A DNA stretch of 64,000 bases from Candidatus Tepidifontimicrobium thermophilum (GTDB taxonomy: Bacteria > Sysuimicrobiota > Sysuimicrobiia > Sysuimicrobiales > Sysuimicrobiaceae), in the NCBI GenBank assembly GCA_031459915.1, contig JAVKHO010000007.1:32001-96000 (forward strand), read 5' to 3'. The notes under the pieces are model-generated. The model did not search any database. It was not told the origin of the DNA and saw only the letters and a list, made by a program, of their open reading frames with translations. The number at the start of each line of letters is the position of its first letter. The stretch's first letter is position 1. The translations under genes and the position numbers were made by a program. Shown piece by piece: positions 20,665 through 31,753 of this stretch.

Positions 20665-21366
20665 GTGCCCCTCATCGAGCTGGAAGGCGTCTACAAGGTC
20701 TACCCCGGCGGCCGGGTGGCCCTGCGTGACGTTTCCCTCTCCGTGGACGAAGGGGAGTTCGTGTTCCTGGTGGGGCCCACCGGTGCGGGCAAGTCCACCC
20801 TCCTGCGCCTCCTGTACCGGGACGAGCTGCCCACCCGCGGCCGGGTGCGGGTGGCCGGGTGGGACGTGCACCGGCTGCGACCAGCTCAAGTCCCGCTTCT
20901 GCGCCGGCATCTGGGCGTGGTGTTTCAGGACTTCAAGTTGCTTGCGGACCGCACCGTGTACGAGAACGTGGCGTTCGCCCTTCGGGCGGTGGGCACGCCC
21001 CCCGCGTGGATCCCCGCCCGCGTGCGGGCGGCCCTCGAGCTGGTGGGGCTGTGGGAGCGCGCGGACGCGTTCCCCCGTCAGCTCTCGGGCGGAGAGCAGC
21101 AGCGGGCCAGCATCGCCCGTGCCCTGGCGAACCAGCCCCGGATCCTGCTGGCCGACGAGCCCACCGGAAACCTGGATCCCGACACCTCCTGGGACATCGT
21201 GAAGCTGCTTTCGCGGATCAACCTGCGCGGCACCACGGTGGTCATGACCACCCACAACAAGACCGTGGTGGACATCCTGCGGCGTCGGGTGGTGGAACTG
21301 CAGGAAGGGCAGGTGGTCCGGGACGAGGTGTGGGGGAGGTATGCGAAGCCCCGCGCTGTTCCGTGA
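20665..21366 (+). CDS. ftsE: cell division ATP-binding protein FtsE
   Basis: GPTGAGKST, VVFQDFKLL, LSGGEQQR, ADEPTGNLDP. Confidence 0.95.
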   Translation: MPLIELEGVYKVYPGGRVALRDVSLSVDEGEFVFLVGPTGAGKSTLLRLLYRDELPTRGRVRVAGWDVHRLRPAQVPLLRRHLGVVFQDFKLLADRTVYENVAFALRAVGTPPAWIPARVRAALELVGLWERADAFPRQLSGGEQQRASIARALANQPRILLADEPTGNLDPDTSWDIVKLLSRINLRGTTVVMTTHNKTVVDILRRRVVELQEGQVVRDEVWGRYAKPRAVP

Positions 21367-21409
21367 ACGTCCCAAGGCCGTGTCCGGGGCCGGGCGGCCG
21401 GCGCGGAGG

Positions 21410-22306
21410 GTGTCGCGTCTTGAGGCCGCAGTTTCCTCTGTGGCGTTCCTGACCCGCGAGGGTGTGGTGGGGTTCTGGCGGAACGGCCTGATGTCCGTGG
21501 CCGCGGTGAGCTCCATCCTGGCGGCCCTGCTGGCCTTCGGCGGGGCCCTGGTGACCCTGTGGAACCTTCAGGCGGTAGCGGCGCGGGTGGAAGCCCAACT
21601 GGTGGTGGTGGCGTACCTGCGGGGCGGTCTTTCGCCGGCCCAGAGGGAGGGCGCGCGCCGGGCCGCGGAGCGGATCCCCGGCGTCCGGACGGTGTCCTTC
21701 GTCCCTCGGGAGGAGGCGCTGCGCAGGCTTGAAGAGGCCCTGGGCGGGGTGGAGCTGGCGGACGCGGTGAGGCAGAACCCCCTCCCGGACACCCTCGAAG
21801 TGCGGCCCGAGCAGGCCCAGGACCTCCGCCGGGTGGCCGAGGCCCTGCGGTCCGTGCCGGGGGTCGTGGAGGTGACCTACGGGGAGGACGCCACGGACCG
21901 CCTAGTGGGTCTGACCCGCTTGGTCCGGGGTGCGGGCGCGGCGGCTACGGGGGTCCTGGGGGCCGTGTCGGTGGTGGTCAGCACCAACGCCCTGCGGCTG
22001 ACGGTGCTGGCCAGGCAGCAGGAGGTGGAGATCATGCGGCTGGTGGGCGCCACCAGCTGGTTCGTACGCTGGCCCTTCCTGGTGGAGGGGCTGTTACAGG
22101 GGCTGGTGGCCGCGGTGTGCGCGTCCGTGCTGTGGACGGTTTTCTACCCGTGGGCCGTGGCGCGCCTACAGCAGGCGTGGCCTTTCCTCCCCGTGCTACC
22201 GGCCTCCCAGGTCGTCCTGCCCCTGGTGGCGAGCCTGCTGGCCGTCGGCACCGCGGTCGGGCTGTTGGGTGCCGCGGTGTCCGTGAGACGCTTTCTCGCC
22301 CGGTGA
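21410..22306 (+). CDS. ftsX: cell division permease FtsX
   Basis: RNGLMS, NPLP, EVEIMRLVGATSWFVRWPFLVEG; start uncertain. Confidence 0.9.
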   Translation: MSRLEAAVSSVAFLTREGVVGFWRNGLMSVAAVSSILAALLAFGGALVTLWNLQAVAARVEAQLVVVAYLRGGLSPAQREGARRAAERIPGVRTVSFVPREEALRRLEEALGGVELADAVRQNPLPDTLEVRPEQAQDLRRVAEALRSVPGVVEVTYGEDATDRLVGLTRLVRGAGAAATGVLGAVSVVVSTNALRLTVLARQQEVEIMRLVGATSWFVRWPFLVEGLLQGLVAAVCASVLWTVFYPWAVARLQQAWPFLPVLPASQVVLPLVASLLAVGTAVGLLGAAVSVRRFLAR

Positions 22307-23433
22307 ACCTCCGCGTCGTCCCCCTCCTCCTGCTCGCGGCCGCGGTGCTGCTGCCTTCCGGGGGTGCGCACGCGGGCCCGTACCAGGACCGCCGCAGGGA
22401 GCTGGAGCGGGTACGCCAGCAGCTCCAGCGGACGCGGCAGGAGCTGAGGCAGGCCCGCAGGTACGAACGGAGCGTCCTCGGCGAGCTGCAGCGCATCGAG
22501 CAGACGCGGGAGCAGCTGGAGCACGAGCTGCGGGCGCTCGAGGGCCGGCTGCGCACGGTGCGGGCCCGGGAGTCGCTCAGCCGGGTCCGGGAGGCCGCCT
22601 CCCGCAAACGGTTGGACAGCCTCCAGAGCCGTCTGGAGGAGCGGCTGCGGGCCATCCACCGCCGGGGGCGCGCGGGCTACGTGGACGTCCTGCTGGCCTC
22701 CGCGGACTTCCCCACCTTCCTCACGCGGCTCGACTTCCTCGGCCGCCTGGTGCGCCAAGACGCCGAGCTGGTGCGCCAGACAGAAGAGGAGCGGCGGCGC
22801 TGGGAGGCGCTGCGGGACCAGCTGGCGCGGGAGCGGGCGGAGGTAGAGCAGGTCCGGACGGACGTCGCGGAGCGGCGGAGGCTCGTGGCCGAGGAGGAAG
22901 CCCGCAAGCGCGCTCTGCTGGCCCGGGTCCAGAAAGAGCGGGCGGCGTACGAACAGTTGGTGGAAGAGCTGGAGGAGGACTCCCGGAGGCTGGAGGCGCT
23001 ACTCCAGCGGCTGGCGCCCGTCGGGGGAACCGGGTCCGGCCCGCGGTGGCGCCTGGGGTTCGGGCTGGCGTGGCCCGCGCGGGGCGCCATCACCTCCGGT
23101 TTCGGGCTGCGTCGGCACCCCCTGTTCGGGATCGTCCGCCCACACCACGGGGTGGACATCGCCGCGCCGTGGGGGACCCCAGTGCGGGCAGCCGGGGGAG
23201 GGACGGTGGTGTACGCGGGCTGGTTCGGAGGGTACGGTAAACTGGTCGTGGTCGACCACGGTGGCGGTGTGGCCACTCTCTACGGGCACCTGTCCTCCAT
23301 CCTGGTGTCCCTGGGACAGCGGGTCGGTGAGGGCGACCTCGTGGGACGAGTGGGGAGTACCGGGTACAGCACCGGCCCCCACCTGCACTTCGAGATCCGG
23401 GTGAACGGCCGGCCCGTGGACCCACTCCGGTGA
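22303..23433 (+). CDS. EnvC-like coiled-coil M23 peptidase
   Basis: Signal peptide, long coiled coil, HHGVD, YGHL, STGPHLHFE. Confidence 0.9.
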   Translation: MNLRVVPLLLLAAAVLLPSGGAHAGPYQDRRRELERVRQQLQRTRQELRQARRYERSVLGELQRIEQTREQLEHELRALEGRLRTVRARESLSRVREAASRKRLDSLQSRLEERLRAIHRRGRAGYVDVLLASADFPTFLTRLDFLGRLVRQDAELVRQTEEERRRWEALRDQLARERAEVEQVRTDVAERRRLVAEEEARKRALLARVQKERAAYEQLVEELEEDSRRLEALLQRLAPVGGTGSGPRWRLGFGLAWPARGAITSGFGLRRHPLFGIVRPHHGVDIAAPWGTPVRAAGGGTVVYAGWFGGYGKLVVVDHGGGVATLYGHLSSILVSLGQRVGEGDLVGRVGSTGYSTGPHLHFEIRVNGRPVDPLR

Positions 23434-23472
23434 GCCGGGGAGGACACCGCCCACGTCTGTAAGGGGGTCTGG

Positions 23473-24678
23473 GTGATGAAGCGTGGCAACCCGGTGCTGT
23501 CGGGCCTGGCGATCGTGGTGGTGCTGTCCGTGGTGTTCTCCGCGGGGTACGCCCTGGGCCTGCGGCAGGCCTCCGCGGCGGACGCCCGCACGGAGGGGCA
23601 GCGGATGCTGCAGGTCCTGGCAGACCACCTGCAGCGCAGCTACATCCAGCGCAACCTGGATTGGCGGAAGCTGTACGACGGCGCCGCCCGCGGGATGCTG
23701 CAGGCCCTCGACGACCCCTACACCGCCTTTTTCGACGCGCAGGGCTACCGCAGGTTCCGCGAGGACTTCCGGGGCTTCTTCTACGGAGTCGGGATCTTCA
23801 TCGAGAAGAAGGACAGCAGGCTCCTGGTGGTGGCCCCGATTCCGGATACCCCCGCCGCCAAGGCGGGGTTGCGGGCCGGCGACCACATCACCCACGTGGA
23901 CGGAGTCCCCACTCGTGACATGCCCATCGAGGAGGCGGTGGCCCGGATCCGGGGGCCGGAGGGCACCACGGTGCGCCTCCGGATCCAGCGCGGGGACCGT
24001 ACCTTCGAGGTCTCCATCACCCGGGCGCGGATCGAGGTGGTGAGCGTGCAAGGGGAGGAGGCCCTCACCGACGCGGAGCGTCGGGTGGTACGGGATGCGC
24101 AGGCCGCCTACGTACGCATCCTGGCGTTCAACCAAGACACCGCGGAACGGTTCGCCGCGCAACTCCGGCGTGTCGAGGCCCGCAACACCCGCGGGCTTGT
24201 TCTGGACCTGCGCTTCAACCCGGGAGGGCTGGTGGACCAGTGCACCGCGGTGGCGGACTGGTTCGTTCCGAGGGGGCCCATCGTGCACGAGGTGGACCGG
24301 GACGGCCGGACCCGCACGGTAAACGCCACCCCGCGGGAGAAGTACCGCAAGCCCGTGGTGGTGCTGGTGAACGAGGGCACCGCCTCGTGCAGCGAGATCG
24401 TGGCGGGCGCTCTGCAGGACACCGGGGCCGGGGTGCTGGTGGGCCAGCGGACCTTCGGGAAGGGGGTCATCACCACCGTGGTGGACCTGCCCGGGGGCCG
24501 CGGAGCAACCATCACGACCGCCAAGTACCTCACCCCCAAGCGCCGGGACATCCACCGCAAGGGGATCCAGCCGGACGTGCTGGCGGGCGACCGGGTGGAG
24601 GGGAAGACCGACCGCGAGGTGGAGGCCATCCGGCTGGAGCAGCTGCGCAAAGCGGTGGAAGTCCTCCGGAACCGGTGA
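23473..24678 (+). CDS. ctpA: carboxyl-terminal processing protease (S41, PDZ)
   Basis: DDPYT, PDZ domain, LDLRFNPGG, TASCSEI, TFGKG. Confidence 0.92.
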   Translation: MMKRGNPVLSGLAIVVVLSVVFSAGYALGLRQASAADARTEGQRMLQVLADHLQRSYIQRNLDWRKLYDGAARGMLQALDDPYTAFFDAQGYRRFREDFRGFFYGVGIFIEKKDSRLLVVAPIPDTPAAKAGLRAGDHITHVDGVPTRDMPIEEAVARIRGPEGTTVRLRIQRGDRTFEVSITRARIEVVSVQGEEALTDAERRVVRDAQAAYVRILAFNQDTAERFAAQLRRVEARNTRGLVLDLRFNPGGLVDQCTAVADWFVPRGPIVHEVDRDGRTRTVNATPREKYRKPVVVLVNEGTASCSEIVAGALQDTGAGVLVGQRTFGKGVITTVVDLPGGRGATITTAKYLTPKRRDIHRKGIQPDVLAGDRVEGKTDREVEAIRLEQLRKAVEVLRNR

Positions 24679-24681
24679 GCT

Positions 24682-25869
24682 GTGACGAGAACCCGGCCGC
24701 CACGCCGTCGCAGGCGTCCTTCGGGCCCCTGGTTGTGGCTGTTGGCGGTGGCGGGTGCGGTGGCCGGGCTGGCTTTTGCGTGCACGCGGCCGCCGGCGCA
24801 GCGGCCCGCCCAGCTTCCCACGCCCCCGCGCGTGCAGACCTCGACACCGCCGCCGGCACCCGCCGGGTTGGACGCGGAGCCAGAGGCCGCAGCCCTGCGG
24901 GGGAAGGTTTTGGAGGCTCTGCCCGCGGGATCCCGCTGGGAGGCGCTGGGCAGCGAGGCGAGGCAGGACGGCTCCCTCGTCTGGCGGCGGGCCCGTTACC
25001 GGGTCCAGCTGCCGGCCGGCGCCAACGTTAAGGCCGCCACCGGTGCCCTGGTGAAGGCCGCCGAGGACGCAGGCGGAGTCCTGCTGGCCAGCCGTCCGGA
25101 AGGCCGTGGGCAAGTGCTGGAGGTGGGGCTGGAGCACCAGGGCAAGGTCTTGCCTGTGTTGCGGGTCCACCTGCGGCCTTCCGAGGACAAAAGCTCCCCG
25201 CAGGTCCGGGTCGCGGTGGTACTGGACGACGCGGGGATGCGGCTGGACGAGCTTGACCGCGCCCTGAGAGTCGGCCGGCCGTTGACCCTGGCCATCCTGC
25301 CGGGGCTCCCGCACTCGGAGGAACTGGCCCGCAGGGCCCGGCAGGCCGGCCTGGAAGTCCTCCTGCACCTGCCTATGGAACCGGAAGACCCCGAGCTGGC
25401 GTCTCAGTTGGGTGAGCTAGCCGTCCGGGTGGACATGGCGGAGGAGGACATCGTCCGCACCGTAAAGTCCGCCCTGCGGGCTGTACCCGGGGCGGTGGGG
25501 GTCAACAACCACATGGGCTCGAAGGCCACCGCCGATCCGAGGGTGATGAGGGCGGTGCTGCGGGCCCTGCGGGAAGACGGGATGTTCTTCGTGGACTCCC
25601 GCACCACGCCGAAAAGTTCCGCGGAGGTGGTGGCGAAGGAACTGGGGGTGAGGGTGGCCCGGCGTATGGTGTTCCTGGACAACGACCCTTCGCCCGAGGC
25701 GGTCCGGACCCAGATCCGGCAGCTGGTGGAACTCGCGCGACGCCACGGCAGCGCCGTGGCGATCGGGCACGCGAACCGGCCCCACACCGCGGAGGTGCTG
25801 GCGGAGATGGTGCCGGAGATGGAACGCGCGGGGGTCCGGCTCGTACCGGTGGGCGAGCTGGCGCGCTGA
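24682..25869 (+). CDS. divergent polysaccharide deacetylase (YibQ-like)
   Basis: VVLDDAG, LLHLPMEP, NNHMGS, FVDSRT, VFLDN, AIGH. Confidence 0.9.
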   Translation: MTRTRPPRRRRRPSGPWLWLLAVAGAVAGLAFACTRPPAQRPAQLPTPPRVQTSTPPPAPAGLDAEPEAAALRGKVLEALPAGSRWEALGSEARQDGSLVWRRARYRVQLPAGANVKAATGALVKAAEDAGGVLLASRPEGRGQVLEVGLEHQGKVLPVLRVHLRPSEDKSSPQVRVAVVLDDAGMRLDELDRALRVGRPLTLAILPGLPHSEELARRARQAGLEVLLHLPMEPEDPELASQLGELAVRVDMAEEDIVRTVKSALRAVPGAVGVNNHMGSKATADPRVMRAVLRALREDGMFFVDSRTTPKSSAEVVAKELGVRVARRMVFLDNDPSPEAVRTQIRQLVELARRHGSAVAIGHANRPHTAEVLAEMVPEMERAGVRLVPVGELAR

Positions 25870-26069
25870 TCTTCCGGGATGCGGTGGCTACCGGGCCCCG
25901 CGGCGGCGCCGGGAGGAGTGGGGCGAAGGTTAGCGAAGCCTAGGTTGCTGGGTCGGGTCTGCCAGGCTGCAAACGCACGTTCGAAAGGGGGTGAGGTCCG
26001 TAGGGCAACGGAGCCTTCGTACACTCACGTGCGCGTGCACAAAAACTGCCAGCAAGGGGGGCTGATGCG

Positions 26070-27332
26070 ATGAGGAAGGCCAGAGCGACTTGGGCCGTCC
26101 TGGTGGCGGCGCTGGTCGCCGTCACGTCCTGGGCGGTGACCTATGCGGCTCCGGTCCGGATGGGGCCGGTGACGGACGACTGGGGCGTGGTCCGCGTGGC
26201 CCGCGGGCAGCCCATCGTGATCGCGTACTGGCTGGTGGTGGCTGGTCCCGACGCCAGCCTGGGGGTCGACAGCCGGCGCGGGATCGAAATCGCCATCGAC
26301 GACAAGAAGACGGTGGCCGGCCACCCCGTGCGGCTCATCGGAGAGGACACTGGGTGCAACGCGGAGGGCGGCACCACCGCGGCCACCAAGCTCGCCGCCA
26401 ACCGCCAGATCGTGGCTGCCATCGGCAGCAGCTGCTCCAGCGAGGCGGTCCCCGGGGCACCCATCCTGTGCAAGCAGGGCATCGTGACGGTCTCCCCGTC
26501 CAACACCGCGCCCAGGCTCACGGACCCCAAACGGGGCCCGGAGTACGCCTGCTACCTCCGCACTGCCCACAACGACCTGGTGCAGGGGCGGGCCGCCGCG
26601 CAGTTCGTCTACCACGTGTTGGGCGTGCGGCGGGCGGCCACCATCCACGACGGTAGCCCCTACGCGGAGGGGCTGGCGAACGTGTTCGCGGACGTGTTCA
26701 AGCGGCTGGGCGGCACCATCACCTCCCAGGAGGCCGTCTCGCCTACCGACACGGACATGCGTCCCGTGCTGACCCGGATCGCCGCCGGCAGGCCGCAGCT
26801 CATCTACTACCCCATCTTCATCGCCGCGGGCGGGCACATCACCCGCCAGGCGAAGGAAGTGGCGGGACTGGAGAACGTCAAGCTGATGAGCGCGGACGGC
26901 ACCTTCTCCCCGGACTTCTGGAAGGCCGCGGGGGAGGCGGCCCGCGGGGTGTACAACTCCAGCCCGGACCTGTCCGTGGAGGCCCTGGGGCCGAAGTACC
27001 AGCAGTTTTTGGACAAGCACCAGAAGAAGTACGGGGAAAAGCCCTTGAGCGCCTTCCACGCCCACGCCTACGACGCGGCCATGATGATCTTCGCGGCCAT
27101 CGAGAAGGTGGCGAAGAAGGACGCGCAGGGCAACACCTACATCGGCCGCAAGGCCCTACGGGACGCGCTGTTCGCCACCCGGAACTTCCCGGGGATCACC
27201 GGTAACCTCACCTGCAACCCGTACGGCGACTGCGCGGACCCGAAGATCGCCGTCTACCAGACCATCTCCGCGGACCCCGCGAAGTGGAACCCGGGGGTGG
27301 ATCCCAAGAAGGTCTGGTCCATGAAGAGGTAG
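26070..27332 (+). CDS. livK: branched-chain amino acid ABC transporter substrate-binding protein
   Basis: Signal peptide, EDTGC, GSSCS, HAYDAAM; heads the liv operon. Confidence 0.88.
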   Translation: MRKARATWAVLVAALVAVTSWAVTYAAPVRMGPVTDDWGVVRVARGQPIVIAYWLVVAGPDASLGVDSRRGIEIAIDDKKTVAGHPVRLIGEDTGCNAEGGTTAATKLAANRQIVAAIGSSCSSEAVPGAPILCKQGIVTVSPSNTAPRLTDPKRGPEYACYLRTAHNDLVQGRAAAQFVYHVLGVRRAATIHDGSPYAEGLANVFADVFKRLGGTITSQEAVSPTDTDMRPVLTRIAAGRPQLIYYPIFIAAGGHITRQAKEVAGLENVKLMSADGTFSPDFWKAAGEAARGVYNSSPDLSVEALGPKYQQFLDKHQKKYGEKPLSAFHAHAYDAAMMIFAAIEKVAKKDAQGNTYIGRKALRDALFATRNFPGITGNLTCNPYGDCADPKIAVYQTISADPAKWNPGVDPKKVWSMKR

Positions 27333-27343
27333 GCGGCACGGTC

Positions 27344-27380
27344 GAGGGGGCGGGGGAGTCCGCGCTTCCCCCGCCCTCTC
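27344..27380 (+). other. strong GC hairpin after the substrate-binding gene (mRNA stabiliser or partial terminator)
   Basis: GAGGGGGCGGGGGAG pairs with CTTCCCCCGCCCTCTC, followed by CTTT. Confidence 0.6.
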
Positions 27381-27406
27381 CTTTGCTCGGGAGGGAGGTC
27401 GGGAAC

Positions 27407-28483
27407 GTGGCGGCGGGCGCGTTGCGGCGGCCCGTAGCGAGGCGGCTGAACTTCGTGGACGCCTTCCTGTGGGCCTTCCGGCTCGCGGTCATCGTGGTCG
27501 TGGTGTGGGGGACGGTGGGGACCCTGCGCCTGGGCCGGTACACGGGGGAGCAGTGGGTGGACTTCGTGGTCTTCGGCCTCGCCCAGGGAGGGATCTACGC
27601 CCTCATCGCCCTGGGCTACACGATGGTGTACGGCATCCTGCGGATGATCAACTTCGCCCACGGAGAGGTGTTCATGAGCGGGGCCTACACCGCGTACTTC
27701 GTGGCTGCCCCCCTGGCGGCCTCGGGCTTCCTCGACCGGCACCCGATCCTCAGCCTCCTGCTGCTGGTGGCCGTGGCCGCGGCGGTGTCCACGGGGGTCG
27801 CGGTGCTGGTGGAGCGGGTGGCCTACCGGCCCCTGCGCCGGGCTCCGCGCTTGGTGCCCCTCATCACCGCCATCGGCGCTTCCTTCTTCCTCCAGTACGC
27901 GTTCCGGGGCCTGTACGGCTCGGGGTTCAAGGCGTACCCGGAGTTCCAGCTGTTCAAGGGCGAGTGGCAGATCCTGGGGATTGGCGTGTTGCGAACGCAG
28001 GCGGTGGTCCTGGCCAGCGCCGCGGTGCTGATGTTCGCCCTCTACCAGTTCGTGATGCGGACCAAGGTGGGCAAGGCGATGCGGGCGGTGTCCGAGGACA
28101 AGGACGCCGCGGCCCTCATGGGGATCGACGTGGACCGCATCATCGTGCTCACCTTCGCTATCGGGGGAGCCGCAGCGGGGGCAGCAGGGATCCTGTACGC
28201 GCTGGTGTTCAAGCAGGTGCACTTCTTCATGGGGTTCGTGCCAGGGATCAAGGCCTTCACCTCCGCGGTGCTGGGCGGCATCGGGAACATCCCGGGCGCT
28301 ATGCTGGGCGGCCTCTTCCTGGGCGTGGTGGAGTCGGTGGGGCCCGCCCTGTTCCTGGACGGGTTGGGGATCGTGGCGCCCTACCAGCTGAAGGACGTGA
28401 TCGCCTTCACCATGCTGGTCATGGTGCTCATCTTCCGGCCCCAGGGGATCCTGGGCGAGCGCCTCGCGGCTAAGAGGGCGTAG
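27407..28483 (+). CDS. livH: BCAA ABC transporter permease
   Basis: YALIALGYTMVYGILRMINFAHGE, KAFTSAVLGGIG. Confidence 0.93.
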   Translation: MAAGALRRPVARRLNFVDAFLWAFRLAVIVVVVWGTVGTLRLGRYTGEQWVDFVVFGLAQGGIYALIALGYTMVYGILRMINFAHGEVFMSGAYTAYFVAAPLAASGFLDRHPILSLLLLVAVAAAVSTGVAVLVERVAYRPLRRAPRLVPLITAIGASFFLQYAFRGLYGSGFKAYPEFQLFKGEWQILGIGVLRTQAVVLASAAVLMFALYQFVMRTKVGKAMRAVSEDKDAAALMGIDVDRIIVLTFAIGGAAAGAAGILYALVFKQVHFFMGFVPGIKAFTSAVLGGIGNIPGAMLGGLFLGVVESVGPALFLDGLGIVAPYQLKDVIAFTMLVMVLIFRPQGILGERLAAKRA

Positions 28484-28485
28484 CC

Positions 28486-30147
28486 GTGTGGCGTGTGGGG
28501 CTGGTGTTCGGCGCGGTAGCGTGGTTCGTGAGCCTGGTGGGCCTGGTGGAGGCCCTGCACGGCCGGTGGGTGGTGGACGGGGTTCTGTCCGCGGGCCAGG
28601 TGCTCCTCCTGGCGGTCCTGCTGGCCAGCGGCTGGACCGCGGCCCGCCGCTTTTCGGCAAGCCTTGTAGGCCGGCTGTGGGCCGGGCTGCTGGCGGGGGC
28701 GACGGTGGGGTTCTGCGTGGGCCTGCTGGTGTGGCTGCGGTCGCTGGTGGACCTGCGGACCATGTTCGTCAACGCCTCGCCGGCCCTGTTCCAGCTACTT
28801 TCTGGGGGCCAACCGGCGCGGGTGGCCTGGGCAGCCGCCGTGGCCGTTGGCGCAGGGGTGGGCCTCGTGGGTGGTGCGGGCGCGTGCACGCCTGCACGGG
28901 TAGTCCGGCCGATTCTGGTGGGGGCCGCGGCCGCGCTCAGCCTCGCGCTGTTCCAAGAGCTCGTGCTGCTGGTCCTGCAGCCCGAACCCCTCGCGCCGGT
29001 CCGGGACTGGCTGTTCGTGGCAGGCGGGGGACCGACCGCCCAGGGGATCGCGGCCACATTCGCGTTCTCTGCGGCCCTCGCGGCTCTGCGGCAGGCGTCT
29101 TGGGGTCGGGCGGGCAGGGTTGCCCTTCCCCCGAAGGCCCAGCGGGTGCTGTGGAGCTTCGTGGGCGTCCTGTTGCTGGCGGCCCTCCCGATCGCCGGCG
29201 GCCCGTTTGTGGCGCAGGTGCTGGTGATCGTGGGCCTGTACACCCTCATGGGACTGGGGCTTAACCTGGAGGTAGGGCTGGCGGGTCTGCTGGACCTGGG
29301 GTTCGTGGCGTTTTTCGCCATCGGTGCCTACACCGTGGGGCTTCTGACCTCGGTGGGCGATCACGGGATCGCCCACTGGTCCTTCTGGGCGGCAGTCCCC
29401 GTTGCGGTGCTGGTCTCCCTGATCGCGGGCGTGATCCTGGGGATCCCGGTACTGGGGATCCGCGGGGACTACCTGGCCATCGCTACCCTGGGGTTCGGGG
29501 AGATCGTGCGGCTGCTGGTCCTGTCCGACGCCCTGCGGCCTTGGTTCGGCGGATCCCAGGGGGTCCTGGCGATCCCGAAACCGGTGCTGGCGGGCTTCGA
29601 ATTTTCCGGACCGCAGCACCTGTACTACCTGACGGTGGTGGCGTCCGCGGTGGTGGCCTACGTGGCGTGGCGGCTGCAGGACTCCCGGCTGGGCCGGGCC
29701 TGGATGGCCATCCGGGAGGACGAGGACGTGGCGGAGGCGCTGGGGATCAACCTGGTGAGCGTCAAACTCCTGGCGTACGGCCTGGGCGCGGCCTTCGCGG
29801 GCGTGGGAGGGGCCATCTTCGCGGTGATGGTCGGCTCGGTGTTCCCCCACAGCTTCCAGCTGCTGATCTCCATCCAGGTACTGGCCCTCATCATCGTGGG
29901 CGGGATGGGCAGCATCCCCGGGGTGATCGTGGGTTCCGCGGTGCTCATCGGGCTTCCGGAGTTGCTGCGGGAGTTCGGCGAGTTCCGGTTCCTGGTTTAC
30001 GGAGCTGTCCTGGTGGCCATGATGCTGCTGCGGCCCGAGGGGCTGTTGCCCGCGGCGGCCCAGCGGCGGGAGCTGCACGCGGCGGAGGAGGAACCGGCGG
30101 GACTGGCCCGGACGCCCGTGGGTGCGGCCACGGAGGGGGGCGCCTAG
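28486..30147 (+). CDS. livM: BCAA ABC transporter permease with long hydrophobic N-terminal extension
   Basis: GLAGLLDLG, RGDYLAIATLGFGEI, GRAWMAIREDE. Confidence 0.92.
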   Translation: MWRVGLVFGAVAWFVSLVGLVEALHGRWVVDGVLSAGQVLLLAVLLASGWTAARRFSASLVGRLWAGLLAGATVGFCVGLLVWLRSLVDLRTMFVNASPALFQLLSGGQPARVAWAAAVAVGAGVGLVGGAGACTPARVVRPILVGAAAALSLALFQELVLLVLQPEPLAPVRDWLFVAGGGPTAQGIAATFAFSAALAALRQASWGRAGRVALPPKAQRVLWSFVGVLLLAALPIAGGPFVAQVLVIVGLYTLMGLGLNLEVGLAGLLDLGFVAFFAIGAYTVGLLTSVGDHGIAHWSFWAAVPVAVLVSLIAGVILGIPVLGIRGDYLAIATLGFGEIVRLLVLSDALRPWFGGSQGVLAIPKPVLAGFEFSGPQHLYYLTVVASAVVAYVAWRLQDSRLGRAWMAIREDEDVAEALGINLVSVKLLAYGLGAAFAGVGGAIFAVMVGSVFPHSFQLLISIQVLALIIVGGMGSIPGVIVGSAVLIGLPELLREFGEFRFLVYGAVLVAMMLLRPEGLLPAAAQRRELHAAEEEPAGLARTPVGAATEGGA

Positions 30148-30148
30148 C

Positions 30149-30934
30149 GTGGCCATCCTGGTCACCCGGCGGATGACCAAGCGGTTCGGCGGGCTGGTGG
30201 CCATCCGGGCCCTGGACCTGGAGGTGGAGGAGCGGGCGATCCACAGCGTCATCGGCCCCAACGGGGCGGGTAAAACCACCCTGTTCAACTGCGTCACGGG
30301 GTTCTACCGCCCCGACGAGGGCGAGATCTGGTTTGCCGGCCAACGGGTGGACGGCCTGCGGCCGGACGAGATCGCGCACCTCGGGGTCGCCCGTACCTAC
30401 CAGAACATCCGCCTCTTCGCCAACATGACGGCCCTGGAGAACGTGCTGGTAGGGCTGCACATGCACCTGCGGTCCACCTGGGTGGGCGCGGTGCTGGCCA
30501 GCCCCGCGGTGCGTCGGGAGGAACGGTGGGCCCACGCGGAGGCCCGGCGGCTGTTGGAATTCGTGGGGCTCGCCGGCCGGGGGGATCTGCTGGCCCGCAA
30601 CCTGCCGTACGGGGAGCAGCGAAAGCTGGAGCTGGCCCGGGCGTTAGCCACCCGGCCCAAGCTCCTGCTGCTGGACGAGCCCACCGCAGGCATGAACCCC
30701 GCGGAGACCGCGGAGATGATCCAGTTCATCCGGCGCTTGCGGGACGAGCTGGGGATCACCATTCTGCTCATCGAGCACCACATGCGGGTGGTGATGACCA
30801 TCTCGGACCGGGTGACGGTGCTGGACTACGGGGAAAAGATCTCCGAGGGCACACCCGAGCAGGTGCAGAACGACCCGCGGGTCATCGAGGCGTACCTGGG
30901 CACCCGGAAGGTCAAGGCGGAAGCCCTCGGATAA
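30149..30934 (+). CDS. livG: BCAA ABC transporter ATP-binding protein
   Basis: GPNGAGKTT, LPYGEQRKLE, LLIEHHM, VIEAYLG. Confidence 0.94.
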   Translation: MAILVTRRMTKRFGGLVAIRALDLEVEERAIHSVIGPNGAGKTTLFNCVTGFYRPDEGEIWFAGQRVDGLRPDEIAHLGVARTYQNIRLFANMTALENVLVGLHMHLRSTWVGAVLASPAVRREERWAHAEARRLLEFVGLAGRGDLLARNLPYGEQRKLELARALATRPKLLLLDEPTAGMNPAETAEMIQFIRRLRDELGITILLIEHHMRVVMTISDRVTVLDYGEKISEGTPEQVQNDPRVIEAYLGTRKVKAEALG

Positions 30935-30940
30935 AAGACC

Positions 30941-31651
<711 letters not shown>

Positions 31652-31753
31652 ACACCGGTCCGCGGGTTTCCCGGCGTGAAGCGGACGTTACAGGTTTCCG
31701 GTTCCATGGGTCCGCACCGTGCGGTGCACGCCAGGGAGAGGAGGACGGCGACC

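Noticed and set aside
25965..26020. GCAAAC..CGAAAG resembling a c-di-GMP-I riboswitch
   Set aside because: The GAAA stem pairs poorly and the GACGCAAAGC segment and second stem are missing.
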